A stretch of 64,000 nucleotides of DNA, taken from positions 41,099 through 105,098 of the forward strand of contig JAFZXZ010000032.1 in assembly GCA_017616555.1 (NCBI GenBank), given 5' to 3'. The stretch is from a bacterium. Its GTDB lineage: Bacteria > Auribacterota > UBA3054. Positions 60,218-64,000 of this stretch are shown here, piece after piece. Made by a program: the position numbers and the translations under genes. Under the pieces are notes generated by a model. It was not told the DNA's origin and searched no databases. It saw only the letters and a list, made by a program, of their open reading frames with translations. The number at the start of each line of letters is the position of its first letter. Positions within the stretch are counted from its first letter, which is position 1.

Positions 60218-61142
60218 CGATAGTATCCTTAGTGTAGAGTGGGAAAGAGGGGAAGCCCAGGAAGCGGCATTCCGGAACGGGAACGAGATTGAAGTTCTTA
60301 TAGACCAGTTTCTGCATTTCGCGCGCCAATCCTACGACGTCCGCGGAAGTCGCGCCTTCTTTAGTTTCCAGCATGTTGGCGTGCTTTCTGGAAACTACGG
60401 CCTGGCCGCAGGAGAGCGTTCCTTTGACTCCGACCTTGTCGAGGTAGTAGGCGACGCTCGGAACTTTTCCACCTGCTTCTTCCGGCAGGAAATTCCTGAA
60501 GAAGCTGCCGCAGGTCCTTTCCTTGGGATAGCGGCGGGACCTTTGGCGTATTATCTCGTAAGCTCGGCCTTTGGCGAAGGCAGTCTCGAATTCATTGCCC
60601 GGCTTCAAGAGAAACTTTACGGACCAGACGAGCCATTTTTCGCGATGCAGCCTGGAGACGTCGTAACCGTATTCGAACCAGTCTTTGTCAACTTCTATAA
60701 GAGAGCCGTCAAAAGATATGACTTTTGCCGAAAGCAGAAAATCCGCCAGGAAAAACTCGAAGAAGTGGGCGTTGATGAAAGCGGCGCCGCCAACAGTTCC
60801 GGGCAGTCCGGCGAATTCTTCCAAGCCCAGGGCGCTGTTATTGAGGGCGTAGTCGATCACGTCTTGCATGATTGCTCCGCAGCCGGCTTCCAAAACGATC
60901 CCTTCGGAACTTTGGTTAAGGGAAAGCTCTTTGTTGGCGGGATGGAGCACGAGGCCCTTGCATCCCGAATCGGAAACAAGCGTGTTGGCGCCTTCGCCCA
61001 AAACGTTCACGCTGAGGCCTTCTTTTTTGGCGAAGGCCAGATCTGACTGGGCGTCCTCAACAGTTTGAGGCTCGGAAAAATATTCGGCGTTTCCGCCGGT
61101 TTTGAACCAGTTAAGCTCTCTAAGCGGGAAATCTTTTAGCAT
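60210..61142 (-). CDS. murB: UDP-N-acetylmuramate dehydrogenase
   Basis: FAD-binding N-terminus (NWFKTGGNAEYF..., VLGEGANTLVSD), GLEEFAGLPGTVGGA, C-terminal CGSFFRN / SRKHANM. Confidence 0.85.
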   Translation of the reverse strand: MLKDFPLRELNWFKTGGNAEYFSEPQTVEDAQSDLAFAKKEGLSVNVLGEGANTLVSDSGCKGLVLHPANKELSLNQSSEGIVLEAGCGAIMQDVIDYALNNSALGLEEFAGLPGTVGGAAFINAHFFEFFLADFLLSAKVISFDGSLIEVDKDWFEYGYDVSRLHREKWLVWSVKFLLKPGNEFETAFAKGRAYEIIRQRSRRYPKERTCGSFFRNFLPEEAGGKVPSVAYYLDKVGVKGTLSCGQAVVSRKHANMLETKEGATSADVVGLAREMQKLVYKNFNLVPVPECRFLGFPSFPLYTKDTIDG

Positions 61143-61172
61143 GTTCCAATTATAGCATAAGCATCTTTTTTG

Positions 61173-61178
61173 TATAAT
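61173..61178 (+). promoter_or_regulatory. Possible -10 element (tgTATAAT) for the downstream PEP-CTERM gene
   Basis: TATAAT at 61173-61178, preceded by TG, 38 nt upstream of the ATG at 61216. The -35 is poor. Confidence 0.3.
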
Positions 61179-61215
61179 GAAAGAAAGATAATACGCAGTA
61201 AATTAAGGATATGTT

Positions 61216-63006
61216 ATGAGAAATATTTTGCTGTCCGCGCTGTTTTTTGCGGTCTCGGCTTCTGTTTTCGCCACGACCGGCAACCTTGATCTTAAGGTTG
61301 CGGTTGTTTGCTACAACCCTTACATGACGAACGTTGCCGAGCTTACCCAGGCCAGGAGATTGAACGCTGTTTTCGGCTGGCCGACCGGGCAGTCAATGGC
61401 CGCCCAGCAGAAGTCCTGGTGGAAAGAAGCCACTGACGGAATGGTCAAGGCTGATTTCGTCGTCGTCACGAACCTCAATATCTTCCCCTTGATGACGAGC
61501 GGCAAGCGCTTCGATCAGCAGAGCTACTACGACTATTGGAAAAAAGGCGAGAAGGACAAACATCCCGGAGGCTCTTTCGACTATGCGCATTTCCTTACCA
61601 ACGACGTGCCCTGGATGATCCCGGCTATCGAAGACGGCAGGATCGACCAGGTCTGGCTCTACGGCTGGCCTGGTATGGATACGAACGAGACGCGCCTCTT
61701 CGGCAAAGGGGCTTTCGGCTGCAATTCCTTCGGCTTCTCTGCGCTGCAGAACGAAAGGATGTTCATGATGTGCATGCCTAGTATCGAGCGTTCCGATACG
61801 CCGATGGAAAACTTCGGCCACGGCTGCGAATGGCACCTGGGCATTTCTTTTCACAACTACGTCTATTCCTTCGACGGCGGCATAAGGTACACCAACGTTC
61901 ATGACCTGGCTCTTTACAGGGCGCACGGCAGCGAGACAAGCGAGAACATCTGCATAGGCGACGTGCACTACGCTCCGAACTCCACCAGGGACTACGACTG
62001 GGGCAACACTACGCCAGTCCAATGCTACGCCGACTGCTGGTACGATTTTCCCAACATGACCAATTGGGTGCCCAGGACTATGACCTGCGCCGACTGGGGC
62101 GGCGGCGTAAACTACAAGCACAAGATTTGGTTCTTCCATCATATGCCGAGGAAGGTCGGGCTGCACCGCGGGCACATGATGAACTGGATCACGAAGTATA
62201 TGAATCCCAACATCGCAGCCTACCCGATCGGTTCGCACGAACAGATCCGTCAGGAAGACGTTGATCTGGCGGGTTATTTCGCCTTTGAGATGAACGTTCC
62301 CGATGGCACCACGCAGCTGGTCGTGAAAGTAGAGACCGGCCTTCCGGTGCAGCTGGGACTGAGGAAGAAATACATCCCTATGTTCGGCCGCTTCTACCAG
62401 TCCGGCTACGCTTACGATTATTATGCCTACGAGCGCGCAACGGAACACACCCTGACGCTTACAAATGACGACTGTTATGAAAAGGGGCTTACCGGCAAAT
62501 GGTATGTCTGCTTTGGAAACGCTTACGGCAGCGGCTCTGTCGCTTCGACAAGACCTCTGAATTCCAATACCTTCTACACCGTCGAGATGGAGCTTTCTCC
62601 GAAGCCTGCGCCATTGGACGGCACGGAATATGTGGAAGTGCTAAAACCCGCGGAAGGCGATTATTACCGCAATATGACGGAAGCCATCAAATGGGATTAC
62701 AAAGCGCCTTCGGACGGCTGGCGCGCCTTCTACCTCTCGTACTCCACGAACGATTTTGAAGGTCCCTGGATCGACATCTGCGAAGACTACTACTACGAGC
62801 TTGACAAAGATTATTCCTGGAATACCTTCCCGTACAGACAGGTCTCCGACAGGGCGAGAGTCCGCATCATCGCGGAAGATCTGCACGGCCACAACGTGAC
62901 AAACTATTCCGGCCTCTTTGGCATCAGCACCGATCCCATCCCCGAACCCACCGTGGTTGTTTTGATTTTAGCCGCAATTGCCAGCACAATTCTCAAGAAG
63001 GCGTAA
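61216..63006 (+). CDS. Secreted hypothetical protein with a PEP-CTERM sorting signal
   Basis: Signal peptide MRNILLSALFFAVSASVFA. The C-terminus PIPEPTVVVLILAAIASTILKKA gives a PEP motif, a TM helix and a basic tail. Confidence 0.75.
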   Translation: MRNILLSALFFAVSASVFATTGNLDLKVAVVCYNPYMTNVAELTQARRLNAVFGWPTGQSMAAQQKSWWKEATDGMVKADFVVVTNLNIFPLMTSGKRFDQQSYYDYWKKGEKDKHPGGSFDYAHFLTNDVPWMIPAIEDGRIDQVWLYGWPGMDTNETRLFGKGAFGCNSFGFSALQNERMFMMCMPSIERSDTPMENFGHGCEWHLGISFHNYVYSFDGGIRYTNVHDLALYRAHGSETSENICIGDVHYAPNSTRDYDWGNTTPVQCYADCWYDFPNMTNWVPRTMTCADWGGGVNYKHKIWFFHHMPRKVGLHRGHMMNWITKYMNPNIAAYPIGSHEQIRQEDVDLAGYFAFEMNVPDGTTQLVVKVETGLPVQLGLRKKYIPMFGRFYQSGYAYDYYAYERATEHTLTLTNDDCYEKGLTGKWYVCFGNAYGSGSVASTRPLNSNTFYTVEMELSPKPAPLDGTEYVEVLKPAEGDYYRNMTEAIKWDYKAPSDGWRAFYLSYSTNDFEGPWIDICEDYYYELDKDYSWNTFPYRQVSDRARVRIIAEDLHGHNVTNYSGLFGISTDPIPEPTVVVLILAAIASTILKKA

Positions 63007-63102
63007 GCAAAGGCGGCACATACCCCCCGCTCACGGACTACGCGCGCTTGGCCTTGATTTGCGTCCTCCGTGAGTTCGCTTAGGGGTATGTGCCGCCTTT
63101 GC
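63007..63102 (-). repeat. Palindromic intergenic repeat, copy C
   Basis: It starts immediately after the stop codon. Its reverse complement aligns with copies A and B. The outer stem differs (ggcggcacatacccc / ggggtatgtgccgcc), with compensatory changes. Confidence 0.85.
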
Positions 63103-63260
63103 TTTGCCGCTTGTCAATATCTTGAGGAAATCCTGTGCTCAACCACGGGAAATTTACAAGTTATCCACAAGAAGCTAAACTTAGCGCTAAAAGTTAAATG
63201 TCTTTAAAATGGATATTTATAAACTTTTGCGCAAGTATTCCCCAACTTATCGACAAGCGT

Positions 63261-63289
63261 TTGCAATTGTCACTGGCAAATGATAAAAT
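63261..63289 (+). promoter_or_regulatory. Putative sigma-70 promoter (TTGCAA-17-TAAAAT)
   Basis: TTGCAA at 63261-63266, a 17-nt spacer, and TAAAAT at 63284-63289. It lies 33 nt upstream of the ATG at 63322. Confidence 0.5.
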
Positions 63290-63321
63290 GACCTTCCCAC
63301 TTTAAATTTCAGGAATCCATT

Positions 63322-64000
63322 ATGTTCAGAAAAATCTTTTACGTTTTGCTAGTTCTGGCGCTCGTTGCCATAGCGGCTTTCGCTTTATGGAAGAATTCTG
63401 GTTCGGAAAAAGAGATGCAGAAACTTAGGGCGCAGATGTATGATCTGCAGAAGCAGGTGGAAAAGCAAAACCTTGCCAAGGCGGAGGAAAAGCAAAGCGT
63501 AGAGGTAAAGGAAGAAGTTAAGGAAGAAAAGGAAGAGCGCAAGATCTTAAGCGAAGCGCTGACGGCTCCTTCCCAGACTCCGCCGTCCGTCGTCCGTCCG
63601 GCCAGTGCCGAAGCGAAGAGCACGATCATTTCGGTTGCCGACTCCAACGATTTCGCCCAAAGTTTGGCCGACATTCAGGAAGAGGTGAAAGAGCAGGCGA
63701 TGAAAGAGACCATAAACGATGTGGCGGAAGCGATCACCAACGACTCAAAAGCCATCGATATGTCGGAAGTTGACGCCATGATAAAGGAAGCGGAAGAAAA
63801 GCTGGTCGCCCAGTACGGCGCGCAGATCCTGGAAAAGGAAGAGAAGAGCGCAAAAGTCGTGGAGACGGTGAAAGAAGAAGCGGAAGAAACGGTTGAAGAA
63901 GTCAAAGTTGTTTCCTCTCCTTCCTGGCAGGATGAAAACGCGCTTCCCGGTTCTGTTCCGGTAGTCAGCATCGACGAAAACGCAACGAGAAATTTGAACA
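63322..64000 (+). CDS. Membrane-anchored Glu/Lys-rich coiled-coil protein, 3'-truncated by the window edge (not in the ORF track)
   Basis: I translated it by hand: MFRKIFYVLLVLALVAIAAFALWKNSGSEKEMQKLRAQMYDLQKQVEKQ... It stays open for 226 codons to the window end. RBS aggaa lies 6 nt upstream and a promoter-like element sits further upstream. The two listed antisense ORFs (63339-63674 and 63675-63971) are its shadow. Confidence 0.65.
   Translation, partial: MFRKIFYVLLVLALVAIAAFALWKNSGSEKEMQKLRAQMYDLQKQVEKQNLAKAEEKQSVEVKEEVKEEKEERKILSEALTAPSQTPPSVVRPASAEAKSTIISVADSNDFAQSLADIQEEVKEQAMKETINDVAEAITNDSKAIDMSEVDAMIKEAEEKLVAQYGAQILEKEEKSAKVVETVKEEAEETVEEVKVVSSPSWQDENALPGSVPVVSIDENATRNLN

Overview
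The window is a chromosomal, mostly housekeeping segment. There is no integrase, transposase, CRISPR array or phage gene. Gene content points to a PVC-superphylum bacterium (Verrucomicrobiota / Lentisphaerota / Kiritimatiellota-like). The evidence is two PEP-CTERM-tailed secreted proteins, an aroD-aroE fusion, and a pilus-like locus whose gene order matches my recollection of the Akkermansia Amuc_1098-1102 locus.

Layout, left to right:
- A 5'-truncated GH92 glycosidase and a modular PEP-CTERM protein.
- An orphan tRNA-Ile(GAT)/tRNA-Ala(UGC) pair with no rRNA nearby.
- An orphan secreted protein, a COG1579-type zinc-ribbon protein, RNase P RNA (type A), and a TPR protein.
- A pilus-like locus: PilM-like fusion, Amuc_1100-like protein, Amuc_1099-like protein and two tandem secretins.
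- A tightly coupled housekeeping operon: 5'-3' exonuclease, coaE, rho, lepB, SpoIID-like, queA, tcdA, lipoprotein.
- A minus-strand aryl-acid module: two ACT + phenylacetate-CoA-ligase pairs and a Na+/solute symporter.
- Divergent from that module, a complete shikimate/Phe/Tyr supraoperon: DAHPS, pheA, tyrA, aroK-aroB, aroD-aroE, aroC, aroA.
- lipA, miaB, radC, a SPOR protein, mutS, tilS, prepilin peptidase, tsaD and an aspartate aminotransferase.
- A minus-strand operon: rpoN, TPR-like protein, SpoU methylase, small ORF, large XPB-associated protein, XPB-like helicase.
- An orphan LuxR-type response regulator, an esterase, murB, a second PEP-CTERM protein, and an unlisted partial ORF at the right edge.

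Most interesting observations:
1. A 24-codon leader ORF (MKINFGYWFYFYY...) followed by a strong intrinsic terminator directly upstream of the aromatic supraoperon. This is a candidate ribosome-mediated attenuator.
2. The pilus-like locus has duplicated secretins, and one secretin carries a poly-acidic tail.
3. A family of about 100-nt palindromic intergenic repeats occurs four times, with compensatory changes in the stem.
4. A translationally coupled XPB helicase / large partner / small ORF module.

All calls come from reading the sequence and the ORF track. No database search was run.
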